IMG/VR virus record: IMGVR_UViG_3300035498_000356
Span: 91,355 to 155,354 of that record
Origin: a virus
Taxonomy: Duplodnaviria > Caudoviricetes
Direction: 5' to 3' (one strand)
DNA: 64,000 nucleotides
The position numbers were made by a program, and so were the translations under genes. The notes below the pieces were generated by a model. The model did no database searches, was not told the DNA's origin, and worked only from the letters and a program-made list of their open reading frames with translations. Of the stretch, positions 47,651 through 61,774 are shown in pieces. Every line of letters starts with the position of its first letter. Position 1 is the first letter of the stretch.

Positions 47651-50600
47651 TACGAAAAACTTATTGTATATAATGTATTTATATTCAAAATTGTAGTCAG
47701 CTTATCACCTTTATATCTTATACGAATTTTGATATATTTATCTTTAATTTTAGCTTCTTGATAATCTGAATTATCCCATTCATCAGATTGTTTTCGACCA
47801 TTCCAATCAGATGGAAGACTAGCTTCATCAGAATTTATATCTTTTGGTGGTTCAAATAATTCAAATACAACTGGAACTTTGATTCCATTTTCATCTGTTT
47901 TCCATGATTCTATAGACTCATTCTATTGAACAAAGTTGATAGGATTTATTTGAATATCCCACTTATCTTCTTTGTATGTCATATTTCCTCTAGTCCAATC
48001 ATTCTCTTTTGTAGATTTAACATCAACAGCTTTAACATGATTACAAATACTATATTCATCTGTAACACTGTTATGCTTTATTTCACCTCCAGCTAGATAA
48101 TCATAATCACAAGTATTATCAAATTTTTTATAACTTTCCAATACTGAATTATAACTATGATAAGTATCTTTTATCTCATCAATTTTATCTTGTCTAGCGT
48201 AGTATAAAGGCAATATTGTTGACTTTTCGTAGATGTCCTCATATTCATCTTTAGCATCTTCAGTTAAATTAACAAAATCATGGTCATAGGTTATATTGGA
48301 ACCATTATATTGATATAATTCTTTAGTAGCCTCTTGGCGAATATACATATTTTTTTTGTCATTTGCAAAATTATAACAATCACCAATTACTTCATAATGG
48401 AATGATTCTGGTTCTGAATTGTTACTTATAATCTGTAACTAATCAAAAATCTTATGTAATTGAGGATTTTCTCTAACCACAAATTCAAATTCAAATGGAT
48501 GTTGTTTGCCATACCAATAAGTCGGAACAATAGAATCTTGAATATCAATAATTCCAGATTGTCCGTGCTTCCAGAAATCAGTTGTTAATAATTCTAAGTT
48601 GTCTTTGTGAGTTAATGCTATAGTAGATTGAAAATATCCTGAATCCATAGATACAAGATTATTGTATCCAGAAGCATATGCTTCAGCATACTATTTACTA
48701 TAGTCTTCAACAGTTATTGTAACATTAACCCTAAGATTTAAGAATATTAACATCTTATCTGTATTAGATGTCTCATTAAGTTCAACTCTTACTCCTCTTT
48801 CATTTTTATAAATAGATGTCGAACCTGTATATTCAGATATTCCTTTTTTTGTATCTAATATTACTTTATTTCCATCATCATCAACATAATATCTCTAATA
48901 CAAATACGTTTTGTAATTAGATGGATCTTTTTTACATAATAGACACTATTTCCCATCTATGGTTTCGATCTTGAAATCATCATAATTGCTCCAAACATCT
49001 CTTATTATTTCAAATTCAAGAGTAGTTGTAATTCCATCTCCAGTTGGAATATTTCTATTCTTTAATCCTAATTCTCCAACAATCCAATAATCATCTGATT
49101 TTGTTTTATCTAATTCATCAGATAACAAATTATTACTCAATGTAATTCCATCTGCGAAGTCAGAATCAGAGTTACATATTCCTAATTTAGCAATATTTTT
49201 AGAAGTATCTCTATCAAAGCTGAAGTATACATTATATATATTTTCAGAGAATGAAGGGATCCATGAATAAAATGTTATCCATTTACCTAATGTTTCATTA
49301 AAACATATATTCCAAGATTCTTCTTCAAAATCATACATATCATCATAGAAAGTAAACATTACATCCTATTTAAAGGCATTGTAATGAGATTTAACATTCC
49401 TTATTCCAATTATAGGAGTTAGTTCTCTTTCTGTAAGTGTTATGTGATTATTTAAGAATGATTGAATTGTTCCATCAGATATTATTTCAAATGTAGACCC
49501 ATTTGTTCTCCATATTTTTTTAGCTACAGTATCAACACCATAAATATAATAAGGAGTTTGAATTATAGAATCCTTCCATTGACTTCCAATTTTATCTGAA
49601 AGTATTTTAGGATTTGTTGGTAATACATTTTCTGTATTTATATAAATATATCCGCCATTACTCTATGCCGCTGCTGCTCTTTCATTAACAGGAATTAATC
49701 CAACTCCATGCTCAAATACACAAACAATATATCCACTTATATTTAATATTTTAGTAATTGAACCATAGTCTAAAGGATAATCTTTATAATTAGTGCTCCA
49801 GAATGTTCTATACCCATTTTTAAATGCATCTGTACTTGCTATATCAGAATACATTATTCTTGTTCCATACCATTGTTTTAAATATGGCACATCAGGTTGT
49901 GGAAAATAATATTTTTCTCCAACACTCGTTTCCATTCCGGAATTATATACAGAAGCTTCAGGTATTTTATAAGTTCCTTCTGTAGACATTGGTAATTGAG
50001 GATAATGTCCTCTAGCATGTCCAGTCATTGCTTTTTCGCTAACATTTGATTCATCTAATGTTAAGACATTCAAATTTATAGTAGAACGAACATCAAATGT
50101 TATCCATAAGCCAAGCTAAACGGCATTAACATCACCACTATTTATTTCATCATAACTGGATGCATTTGTAGGGTCATATCCATCTCTCCAACACTTTGGA
50201 TCTACAATTTCATCATTATATGGTGTTTCTGGGTCATTAAAATTTCTAATAAGTCTATGAGTATATTTACATAAATAGCAATCACCTCTATATATAGGAA
50301 ATTCATATGTATTAGAATTAGAAGAATCATTAACTAAAGCTGTATTTGAAGGATTGTAATCACTTAAATCAGTAATATCAATTCTTTCTGTAATTGCTTT
50401 ATAAGGTGAATAATCCTATGCTCTAATCATTACATACTATTCATAATTAGCTGGATCGTATCCTGGGACATAAATATTTACTTTTTCAGCAGGAGTTAAA
50501 GTTGTAGTTGCTTCCATTGCCAAATATGGTCCATAGCTACCTCTAACATAATCGGAATTTATTTTCCTATTTTCAGCATTTTCAGACGCATATTCGTTAG

Positions 50601-53244
50601 TTTTATTTTTAAGATGATCTGTACCTATAGTCACTACTTTCCACGGATATTCTGCCTCTCCTGCTCTTGCATGGAATAAATTATCATCAATTGCTGCTGA
50701 CTTTTGATTATCAGTTAATGCAACTATTTTAGAAGTTATGTGATTAATTTGATCCCAATCTTCATAACTATTTAAATAAAATTGTCTACCATTACTATTA
50801 AATGCTCGATATTGATAGTTTTCTTCATCATCTAATATTCTTTCATATAAAGGGCCTTGGCTAATTGCACTCTCAATATAGCATTCAGTACCACAAAATA
50901 TTGAATTATAGAATGACTGTTTTACACTAAACTCGGGGCATATTATACCAGAAACTTCATTGCTTTTTCTATCTTTAAGAATAATTCGTTTATCAAAATC
51001 ATTTTCTAATCGTCTAGAATCAGTTAATTCTGATGCATAATATCCATCAGGAGTTTCAATTTCCCAACCATTATACTTTAATTTATTACCCTATCTAGAA
51101 ATAGCTGCCTTAGAAGCATTTACAATTGTAGAACCAGTTGCTACTAGCACAGAAGCAACTATTATACCTGCTGCTACATAGCCTGTAACAGCTAATGCTC
51201 CAGTTGCACTAGTTACTGCTAATGCAGCTGATCCTGCTGATATTACCGTTGATAAAGTAGCTCCCACTGGAGCTGTTGCTGCACCAAATGTAAATATTGA
51301 TACTACAACTGCTGCTGCAACTGCAATTGCCATTCCAGCTATTATTCCAACCTTTTTCCAAATGGTATTCTTATTCTGTTTCCATTGCCAACGATAACGA
51401 TTCATAAATCCCTCTGATAAATAATTTAATCCATTAAAATCATCAGAAGACATATGTGTATAATCTGTCATATCAGACAATAGATTTGATAAATAATTAT
51501 TCTATGTCGGCTCTACAGGAATAGTAGGAACTCTACCTTGTTTATCAATACCAATAGTTATTCCCTAAGCAAGTATTGAAGGAATTCTATTTTGTCTTAC
51601 AAAGAAAAATCCTTTAACATATTTAGATAGTTCAGTAATTACTTCATTGGTTGTAGTTATCTTAAAATAATGTACTTTTTTAGTATCAGTAGATTGATTC
51701 ATACGAACAACTCCTTTTACATTTTCATACATTATATTAGGATTTTGATTAGAAACATTTATTAATTTATATGTTTCTTCATCATATTCAATTTTGTTTA
51801 CTTTATCATTATTTTTATATGCAATTTCAGTACATTTAACATCTTCAGAAAGATTATATGCTCCTCTAATATCAAATACTGGAGATAATGACCCATTCTT
51901 CATTATATAAACAATTCCAAATCTATATAATTCCTTATTCCAATATCCTGTTTTGCTATAGATATACATTGGATCCGCGTATCCTTTATCTCCTGTTTGT
52001 AAAGTATATTTATTAGTAAGATTAACTGGATAATCTTCAACAGCTGCTTCTGGAGTGAATCTTAATGATAATTCAGTAAGAGTTTCATAATCAATATAAG
52101 GCTACTAAATATTACCTAAGAATAATCTATTCTAACAAGCAACTTGTGTTTTAGCACAATCAACTAGAGAATAAGTAATATTTAAATCATTTTCATTTAA
52201 CTGATTAGTTGGTTCAAATCCTGTAATTGTTATATTAGCAATACCAGAACTATTGATTAAATATTTCTAATCAATAAATCTGACATCTATAGCTCTAGAA
52301 AATCCAGCTTCTGAAGATGCTCTAGAATAATATACATTTACATAAGTATATGATGTATCAAGATTAGTTAATTGAAATGTAACCTATTTAAAACTATTCT
52401 ATGCAGCTTCACCTGTAGATATAGATGCATAATTAGATCCACCTTTAAATATACTTACTAGTCCAGATTGCTCGAAAAAATCAGTTTCATTTCCATCTGA
52501 ATCAGATAGTTTAAAATAAAAGAAATAATTTCCAACACTCAATTGTCCACCATTAGAAACTCTTACTAATTTAACATGAGGAAATGTATTCATTGTTTTA
52601 TATAATGAAGTATCTGTTTTAAACTATTCACCCCTATCATATATATTAGTATCCGAGTTTCCTTTTCTATCAACAATTTCGTAAGTATTTCTACCTCTAG
52701 GACTAAATCTACTATTAATTAATTTAGGGTAAGTGTTTCCATCATTTAAAATAAGATTTACGGAATCATCATAAGAATCCTATGGAAGAATGTCAACAGG
52801 ATGAGTTAAATCAAATTCTAATTCATCGGTAATAAAATCAACTAATTCTCCAGCTTCTCTTAGTATTGGATCTGTATTGGAAGTTGGAACACCTATCCAT
52901 GACATTATTTTAGCGTCATGGATAGATTTTATCAACTTCTTACGAGATGCATCATTACTAAATGCTTTAGAAATTATTATCTAATTTTCTTTTAAATTAG
53001 GATTTTTATTATTTGATACTTCATATTCTGAACCATTTTCATGTATATCACAACTTAAATATATTCCTTTATCACAAAGTTGCAATAAATTATAATACTA
53101 TCCATCATATTCATACAAATCTTCATCTAGACGATAATTTCTAAATGGATTATATTCCCAAGCAATATTACCCGTACTAGGTAAAGCTTTTAACTAAATA
53201 TTAAATTTAGCATCCTATTTATCAGTTATTAAATTTTCTATCAT
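47650..53244 (-). CDS. large tail protein (tail stabilization/hub-like; about 1864 aa, TAG=Gln)
   Basis: Eight fragments share one frame; GYWNKELYRFGIVYI, YRGDCYLC, CFNETLGKWITFYSWIP, KIKDKYIKIRIRY; overlaps at both ends. Confidence 0.78.
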
Positions 53245-56200
53245 TTCTTTATAAATTTATCGCCAAAACTAAAATCTGCATTGTAATAATCTTCATTTAT
53301 ATTAAATCTAAATAACTATGAAATAGTAGGATTTAATATAGTTCTTCCATTTTCAGAATTACAAACTTCAAGTTGATAATTGCTATCATTTGAAAATTCA
53401 GAAGATACATAACTATCAAATTGAACAACTCCTTCAACTACTTTGAATGAATCAATTAATTTAGGAATTGTGAATGATGGTAATCTTCTATACGCAATAC
53501 CAGGTTTATCTCCAGCTAATATTGCAGATAATATTGCAGATAATCCCTAATTTCTAGAAAGTTTATTAGTAACATTTCCATCCCAAATATCAATTTCTTC
53601 ATAATAAGTATTTACCTTATTATTTGTTGTATAATGAGATGGTTCTATTGTATTTACTGTATTATTTACAATATTATATACAGGATAGAATAAACTAGAT
53701 TGATTTATCGTAGAGAATTCATTATTTTTAAAATCATATGCATAAAAAATGTCAGAATCAAAATCAACTAATCTTCCATTTAAATCTACTTTTAAATCAG
53801 AATAAGTATATTGCATATCCCAACCTCCAGTATATGTCTATTTTCCAACTTCAGATGTTCCACCTCCATCATCGTAATTCAAATCATCATTCCAATCTCC
53901 TGGATCTATTTTTATAGAAGTATCTGGAATTATAATATTTCCAGTATTCCCTTTACTTTTAGCAGGTTGATTATTTGTAAGATATGCTGTAATATATACA
54001 TATGCTGAATTGTTATAAGATGTGATACTAATATTTAATGTATACTCGTTTCCATCAGGTATAGTTGAAGTATCTATTACCCAATATCCATCTTCATAAG
54101 TAATACCAGTTGATTTACAAACATTTTTATCCGTTAAAACTTGAACCTAATATCCTGTAATACTAAGACATCTTAACTATATTTTTAATTTTGAGTAATT
54201 TGTTGAATCAAGATTAATAAAATTACATTGTTTGTTATTAAAATTAGTATTATTAAAATGTTCTCCATCGACGGTTATAAATACATACCAATTACTAAAA
54301 TCAGTATAATTATAATCTAATGAATTATCAATATGATATACTATTGGCATTGTTTCTAATATTCCTTTATTAGAAAAATCATTTTTTATTAGATCTGGAG
54401 TTTGATATTCAAATTGGAATTGCAATGGACAATTTTTAGTAATTTCATTTAATTTAAAATTACCATTTGCAATATCATTTACATCCATTGATGTTTTTAA
54501 TCCTTCTAAATAATCAGAATATAAGAATCCTCCATTGCCAGTATTACCAACGATTATTAAATCATTTATCTAATTTTCATTATTTACATATGCTTTATAT
54601 ATAATATTAGGCGTTATTGTTGTATAATACGGTTTGCAATAGGTATAATTATCAAATGAATATACTTGATAATCTTTAGTATCATCTGTTTTATAATATA
54701 TCTAAGTTAATATTCCTGTAGATATAGATGGTAAGAATGTCAAACAATCACCTTTATATGGCATATAATTAGCATATATATCACAATTTTGTGCACCTGC
54801 TGAATGTGAAATCGGATGTCCAAAATCGACATATAAAGACTAATCTGTAGCTAATCCAAGATAACCACTTACCTCTCCTAAATTAGTACTTATTTTCCCA
54901 TCAGATGAACTAGCTGAACTTGTATTTAATTGTAGCTTATTAGACTCATCAGAAGATAAACATATTAACTTACTTTCTGGACTATTTCTATAAGGGAATG
55001 TAACAATAGGAATTAAAAATGGACATGCATCATGTATTTCGGAAATAACATCATTGGCATCTCTTGTTATTTGTCTAAAGTCTATTGTTGATCTATCTCC
55101 CTTATCATCAGAAGTCCAATTGTTCTATTCATATGCTGTAAGCTTTAATGTATCATCACTATTAGTAATTGAATTAGACCATAATGTAGCTCCCCAATGT
55201 GTACTACTTCCTTTTCCTTTATCATCAAAAAATACAGAAACCATTTTGTTATAATATAACATAATTCTATTATTAAATGTATATTGTGTTATATTATATT
55301 TAGATAAATCTTTAACTGATGATATAGGACTTTTGCATACATGCAAAGTTCTAGTCACAGGAGAATTACAAGAAGTGTAATATTTACTATAATATAAAGC
55401 ATTAAATGTAAATGTATTACTTACATATCCTGAATTATTTAATGACTATTTTTTATAAGGAATTGTTATTGTATGTTCTTCTCCATCTGATGAATAATAA
55501 TTATAAGTATTATTACCAGATTTTTCGCTTTGACTAAAATAATATTTATTATTTACATTTTCTGGTGATTCCCATAATTCACTTCCGCTACCAGTTGTTC
55601 CAAATAATTTTCCTTGAATAGGAGTTAATGATACAATTGCTGTTTCATTTGAAGATTTAATGTTATCTGAATTTCCAGAAACTTCTTCTTGTACTATTTC
55701 GATCTCATCAACTGAATCTTTTATAGATAATTCTGTATTATCATAAGCACATTCTATAGATATTTCATTTAATTTATCTGAATTTAATCTAAATGCTGAA
55801 TAATTATTATTTAAAGTAATATATGCTCTACTTTCAATATTATTATTTCCAGATACATACTATAAATTAGCTGATAAATTATCTTTGCTAGCATCTTCTA
55901 TTGCTTCAATACTGCAATTTTTAGCATTAGAGTAATTTGCTTTATAAGCTTTATAAGTATCAGTACTTCCGTATGTAACCTCTAAATCTAATTGCAATTC
56001 AGGATTTAATTCATCAAAATCATTTACAGAATCATATTTTTCATTAAATATCTAACAAGTCCAAATATAACGATTTGCTAATAATATTTCATTTGATTCC
56101 TATTCACTGAATGTCGCAAGATTTGTAGTTTTATATTTTATTTTAACTCCATATAAAAAGTTATTATATAATATTCCTGCATCATTTGAACAATAATATG

Positions 56201-58376
56201 TTGTGCCATTTTGTTCAATATCACATATTAATCCTGCTTTTTTATATTTATCATATGCATCTTCATTTGCATCTTCATTTGCATCTATTTTAATATCAAA
56301 ATCAGGAAACCATTCTTTTAACTATGTTGATGTTGGTTTACTTCCAGAATATAATGCTACTCCAGGATGATTTATTATACTTCCATCTTCTTTTACAGCA
56401 GTTATTCCATGATAAAGAGAAGATCTATTTAAGTTAATAACAGTTTGGAATTCGCCATTATAAGATGAAAGATTATTTAATATCTAAGTAGCAACTAACC
56501 CATTATTATCATAAAACTCTAACCATACTTTAGATATTGATTTATTAGGCAATGTATATGCATCCAATCCCCAATTTACAGTAACTGTATCATCTGACAC
56601 ATAATACTTCCATTTATTTATATTTAAACTATCTTTTCCTATTCTGGAAAAATCAATAGTTAATGTTTTAGATATCCATGGAAAATATCCAGCTTCTGTA
56701 TAAGGTATCACCTCTACATCTACAATATAATTCTTATCACCTTCAGATATTCCGCTCGGAACTTTGAATTTGCCTAATGAATACGGGACATCTACTTTAA
56801 AGAAATTATTTAAGCAATCAGAATTTACAGTAATATCTTTAGATGATATTTCATTTTCAGAATAATCACAATTATTATTTGTTGAAATTATATATTTAGA
56901 ATCCCCTTTATCTGTAGATGGGTATCCATTTAAATATACTCTATGAATATGGCAATTATTTATCGATGGAGTTTCATTAGTTAAATCTTGTTCCAACCTT
57001 TTATACCAATCTATTTCTTTTATTCTTTCCGAAAATGTTTTATATTCACTTTCTTTTGATTTACTAATACTTTGTTTTCTAGTATTATTAAATGGTATTA
57101 TACAAGTATATATATTATCATTTTCTTTATATATATCAACACTAGAAGTAAATGTAAGACTTTTATCTGAATTTTGAGGAATGACAAATCTTACTATTAT
57201 TCCCTCTGGGTTTATGTCTTTATCGTCATTTACCCACGAAGAATTTATAAATATATCATAAGTAGGAGATAATGATTTAATGGTTGTAGATGGTATTATA
57301 TCAGTAGGAATACAAACTTGAGTAGTTTCTTCTTCTAATGTAGTATTAATAGTAGACTTTATATGTTCTTTGAGTTTTTCTGGATCCGCTTTTAAACTTT
57401 CTGAAGCAGATTCTTCAATTTGTGTAACATAATCAGAATATGTTTGATTGTAAGTTGTTTTATTATTTACATATTTAATACTAGATTTAGCTAATAATTC
57501 TTTAGCCGTATCTCCTCCTAAATAATTTTCTAAATCAGAATACTAAAAACAATTATTAAAATATGCACTCCAAGAAGCACTAAAAGCATCTGGAGCTTCT
57601 GGAGATATTAATAATGATAAATTTCCTGCTTTTTTAGATGAAAATACAGAATATGCACCGTTTACTAAACTACGATAACTATCTACATCTATTGATGTAT
57701 TTGTTAAAGATAAATCGTCACTAGTTGGTTTTATATAATAGTATGTATGTGATTCAGATGAATCATCTAAATCATACCATTTTATATTTTCTAATTCTGT
57801 AGTTTTATTATCCTATACGCTAGCTAATCTAATCTTCCATAAACGTATAACTGAATCTACTGATGTATTAGATGAAGCATAATCGGATAAATATTCTCCA
57901 GATAAATTATTAGAAAAAACAATGAATTTATCACCAGGAGACAATTCTACTTTATCAAATATTTTTCTAATAATTGGTTTTAATGATTTATATGTTAAAT
58001 TATTTACTTTAATAGATTCATCATTATATAATGAATCATTGCTTAATGATTGTGTTCCAGAGCTATCTAATTCAGTTGTATCAATATTACGTTCTGGAGA
58101 AGGGAATGAACCTATCTAAGCTAAATTCTTAAACGGATTATATGATACTATATATATAAATCCACCATGAGAGCATGTTCCTAATGGTATATATCCTTCA
58201 GGAAGCATTGCAGTATCAACTCTTCCGTTGCCCATGTCATTCTATAACATCATTTCATTCCCATTAAATGTCATTAATGTTCCATTTAAGCAATCAGTAA
58301 GAGTATCATAGCTAGTCATTAATGGATGAACATCTAAATTTAAACCTTTAGTAAATGTATTTCTTGCTTCATTCAT
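53241..58376 (-). CDS. large tail protein (about 1711 aa, TAG=Gln)
   Basis: N-terminus NTFTKGLNLDVHP...LTDCLNGTLMTFNGNEMML*NDMGN...*IGSFPSPERN, typical of crAss-like tail proteins; four fragments in frame; ATGA overlaps. Confidence 0.78.
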
Positions 58377-58951
58377 AGTACATCATATTCATTTTCACTA
58401 GTTAAAATATCTTTAAATTTAGGTGGATTTCTTTCAATTATTAATTCAGCTCTATCAGTTCTTAATTGTCTTTTTAAAACTGTGACTCCTAAATAAATGT
58501 CATAAGGAATTCTATATATATGAGTACATAAATTCTATTCTAATTTACATTCATCTAAATATCTATATAATTTAATATTCTCGAATGTAAAGAATTTCTT
58601 TTTTCTACCCCTATGTTTCTAAGAAGCTTTTAATCTTTCATACTAACTTTTAGGAATACCAAAATAATAATATCCATCCCATTTAGTTTTCTTTCTTTCG
58701 TTAGTTATTCTGATTTTTCTAGCTAATTTATGTCTATAATAATGAAACATTGCTATAGAACCTTTAGGAAAATTTCCAGTATAACACCAAAAGCCATTAC
58801 GACCTGAAACACAAACATCAGCACCTCGATTAACTACTGCAAAATAAACATTCCATCCATATCTAATAATCCTTCTTAAATCTTCTATAGGAAGATCTGG
58901 ATAAAGTTTCTACATCTCTTCGTAGTAATCGCTACATCTTTTTATCTACAT
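58373..58951 (-). CDS. conserved basic crAss-like protein next to the IHF-like gene (192 aa, TAG=Gln)
   Basis: M*IKRCSDYY...RIIRYGW...WDGYYYFG...; overlaps at both ends; missing from the ORF track. Confidence 0.7.
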
Positions 58952-59400
58952 TAGCAATAAGGTTTACGTTTATTAGTTAATTCTGTAAGTCTGTCTTTTA
59001 ATTTAGAATTAACATAAATATCTTTGACTTTACTAGGACTTTTAGGAGAATTTATATATAAACATATTTGATTACCTACAAATCTAGATTCTAAAAAATC
59101 AACATCACTCCATTTACCAGCTCTCCTTAACCTTTTAAAATCTTCACCTGTAGATGATTCAACATGTATCTAACAATCTCTATTTACAGGCAATTTAAAT
59201 GTTACATTATTTTCAATAACGTCTTTAATTACCATTTCCATATGAGATCTAAATACTCTATGCACTAATCTGAATCGTTTATCGTATCCAATCATTTTAG
59301 TACATAATTTAGGTGTTGTTTTTAATTTATGATAAGGAAAGCATGAAAATAAATCTCTTAATGAAAACGCCATACCTATGATTTTAAACATTCTTTTCAT
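58951..59400 (-). CDS. IHF/HU-like conserved crAss protein (149 aa, TAG=Gln)
   Basis: KDVIENNVTFKLP, GKWSDVDFLESRF; syntenic position between ring and tail genes; TAATG overlaps. Confidence 0.6.
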
Positions 59401-60095
59401 TATGGTAATGGTTTATAAGATTTATTAAATATTTTACGATTCCAATTATTTTTAGCATCTAATATTTCATCCATTTCATTCTGATTTATATAATCGGGAA
59501 CCCTAGCCTAATCACATAATTTTCCCCATTCGGCTTTAAATGTACCTGCAAATTCAATAGAAGCTTTATTACTTGTACGTAATCCTTCTTTAAATTTAAT
59601 TATATATGCAATATAAGCTGCAATGGCTTGAGCTTCTTTATCAGTAATTTCTGGTAATCCTTCATCATCTAACACAACGCCTTTATACAAAATATTTACT
59701 TTATCAAAATGTTCTTGTAAATAAATCATATCACCTACTTGATTATATGGTATATATTTACCAGAAATATATAATGGATGTTTAAATCTCTTTCCTCCTT
59801 CTATGTAGGATTCAATTCCAAATGAGCCAGGCTATACTCCATCAAATTTATTAGAAACCTATTGAAAATCTTCAAAAGGAGCTGTTACAGCTTCAAGAAC
59901 ATCACAATTACAAGGAAGTCCAAATTCATTTTGACATGGTTCTAAACAAATAGTTTGTCTATAAAGACGGAAATGTTTATTGCCGATTTTATTCCATGCA
60001 AGCAATCCAATTTCCTCAAAATCTTCTTCTTTGGTTTCTAATCCGTATAATATATTTAATAAATTATACGCATAATAAAAGTTATTTAATTCCAT
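59400..60095 (-). CDS. tail tubular/ring protein (231 aa, TAG=Gln)
   Basis: Fragments 59508 and 59859 share the frame; LPCNCDVLEAV, LYKGVVLDDEGLPEI, AIAAY. Confidence 0.7.
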
Positions 60096-60097
60096 AA

Positions 60098-60781
60098 TTA
60101 TCCAGGAGTATATTCTTGAGTATTAGGCCTATTAGGCATAGTGTACTATCTATAATAAGTAAGAAGCTTTTTAGTAACTCTATCTATTATTTCTGAATCT
60201 AAAGCATTCATCTAATCATCATCAGTACAACATTTATATTTTTTTAATTGTCTTGGATCTTTAAATGCTGCTGTTATAGAGATTTCTTTTAATAAAGGAG
60301 CATTAAATATAAATCCATCATACATTCCGTTTTTATTAGGTGTACAATCAATCCATACATACGGTTTCTGCTTACTACGCTTTCTATACTTTTTATATTT
60401 AACTTGCTATAAAGTTTCATAATAAGTAAACGGAAGTTGTTTATCAACAGAGCCTATATATTTAATAGTATAATCTCCTATATTTAAAAGCTATGGTATT
60501 TCAAAATGAGGAACATAAGTTAAATCTTCTGCTTCATGATTACAAGGACATCTTTCCAAACTAGTATCGCAATCAATTGGAATACAATTAATTGATAAAT
60601 ATAAATCCTATAATGGAATAACTCCTTTTATCTAATATTCATAGAGTAAAGCAATTCGTTCACTAACTATTGTATCCTCAATTAATTGCTAATTAAGGCT
60701 TACATTAGTATGGTATCCTGATAATCCCCCAAGAACATTATTATGTACAGCAGAAGCCATTTTTTCAATTTTACTATACAT
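60098..60781 (-). CDS. conserved crAss-like structural (ring/neck) protein (227 aa, TAG=Gln)
   Basis: MYSKIEKMASAVHNNVLGGLSG...YIGSVDK...KPYVWID...AAFKDPRQL; missing from the ORF track because of dense TAGs. Confidence 0.72.
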
Positions 60782-60819
60782 AAAAAGAAAAAGGCGAAGG
60801 CGAATTCGCGCCCTCGCCT
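60782..60819 (-). terminator. intrinsic terminator
   Basis: Minus strand AGGCGAGGGCG-CGAATT-CGCCTTCGCCT followed by TTTTCTTTTT. Confidence 0.85.
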
Positions 60820-60844
60820 ATTTTTATTAAGGTTATTTAATTAT

Positions 60845-61768
60845 TTAATCTTCAGAAACTTCTTTAACTTCAGCAACTGTTTGAAGCTATGAAAGCAACT
60901 TCTTAAAATCATCAGCAATGCTTTCAAGTACATAAAGCACATGAGTAGTTGTTGATTGAACGTGCTGACCAACTGCATTCATTCCAAGAGGACCACGCTC
61001 AGCACACATATGAATGGTAAACTGAACATAATTTGATCCAGGAATCGGAGTTTCATCTTCATGAACAGAGAATGCTGTTGAATTAGCACATGTCGGAATA
61101 CGAAGGTTATGAAGAATATAATCAGCAGTTGCAAATCCTTCACGACCTAAGAAATACTCACCAGCAGCTGTAACTTCATCAGCTGTTTCCTTCTTTGTCA
61201 TTTCAGGCATTGAAGTAAGCGTTGTCCAAGCACCCATGCCATGATTAGCTTCTGCATCAAGCAAATCAACACTAAGTGCACGGAAACGTTGATATTCATT
61301 AACGCCTTTGATTGTGAGAACATTACCAGTACCTTCAAAACGAAGAAGCTCTTCGCCTTGAGTAGCAAGGCCAAACTTAGTAATAACTTTTACTAAATCC
61401 TCAGCAGTCTTAGTTGATACTGTATATTCTACAGTAAAAGGCTTGCCTTTATGATAGTAATCATTTGCATATTGGTATGCATTAGAACCCTATGAAAGAC
61501 CAATGTAAAGAACAAGACGACAAGTATCGCCAACTTTTGCACCATCAGGTACAAGATTTACAATTGCTTTCATATTCAAAGGTGTTACAGGCTCTGCTGT
61601 GTCAATCTCAACTATCTAAGATTTCTTAAAAGAACCTACGCGCTTAACGATAAGTACATCTTCCTCACCTTTTGCATCTTTGCCTAATGTCCAAAGCAAA
61701 TGTGCTTCATCGCTATATCCACCTTCGTATTGTGAATTAATTACATTTGTAGTTGTAAATTGGAACAT
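60845..61768 (-). CDS. conserved crAss-like virion structural protein, possibly auxiliary capsid protein (307 aa, 3 TAG)
   Basis: MFQFTTTNVIN start, YHKGKPFTVE, GREGFATADYILHNLRIPT, QSTTTHVLYV; followed by a strong terminator. Confidence 0.75.
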
Positions 61769-61774
61769 AATTTA

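Noticed and set aside
56256-56286. 12-bp tandem repeat (DANEDANEDA) and similar short repeats near 38017-38046 and 45341-45409
   Set aside because: These are in-frame low-complexity coding duplications with no spacer structure, so not CRISPR arrays or DGR template/variable repeats.
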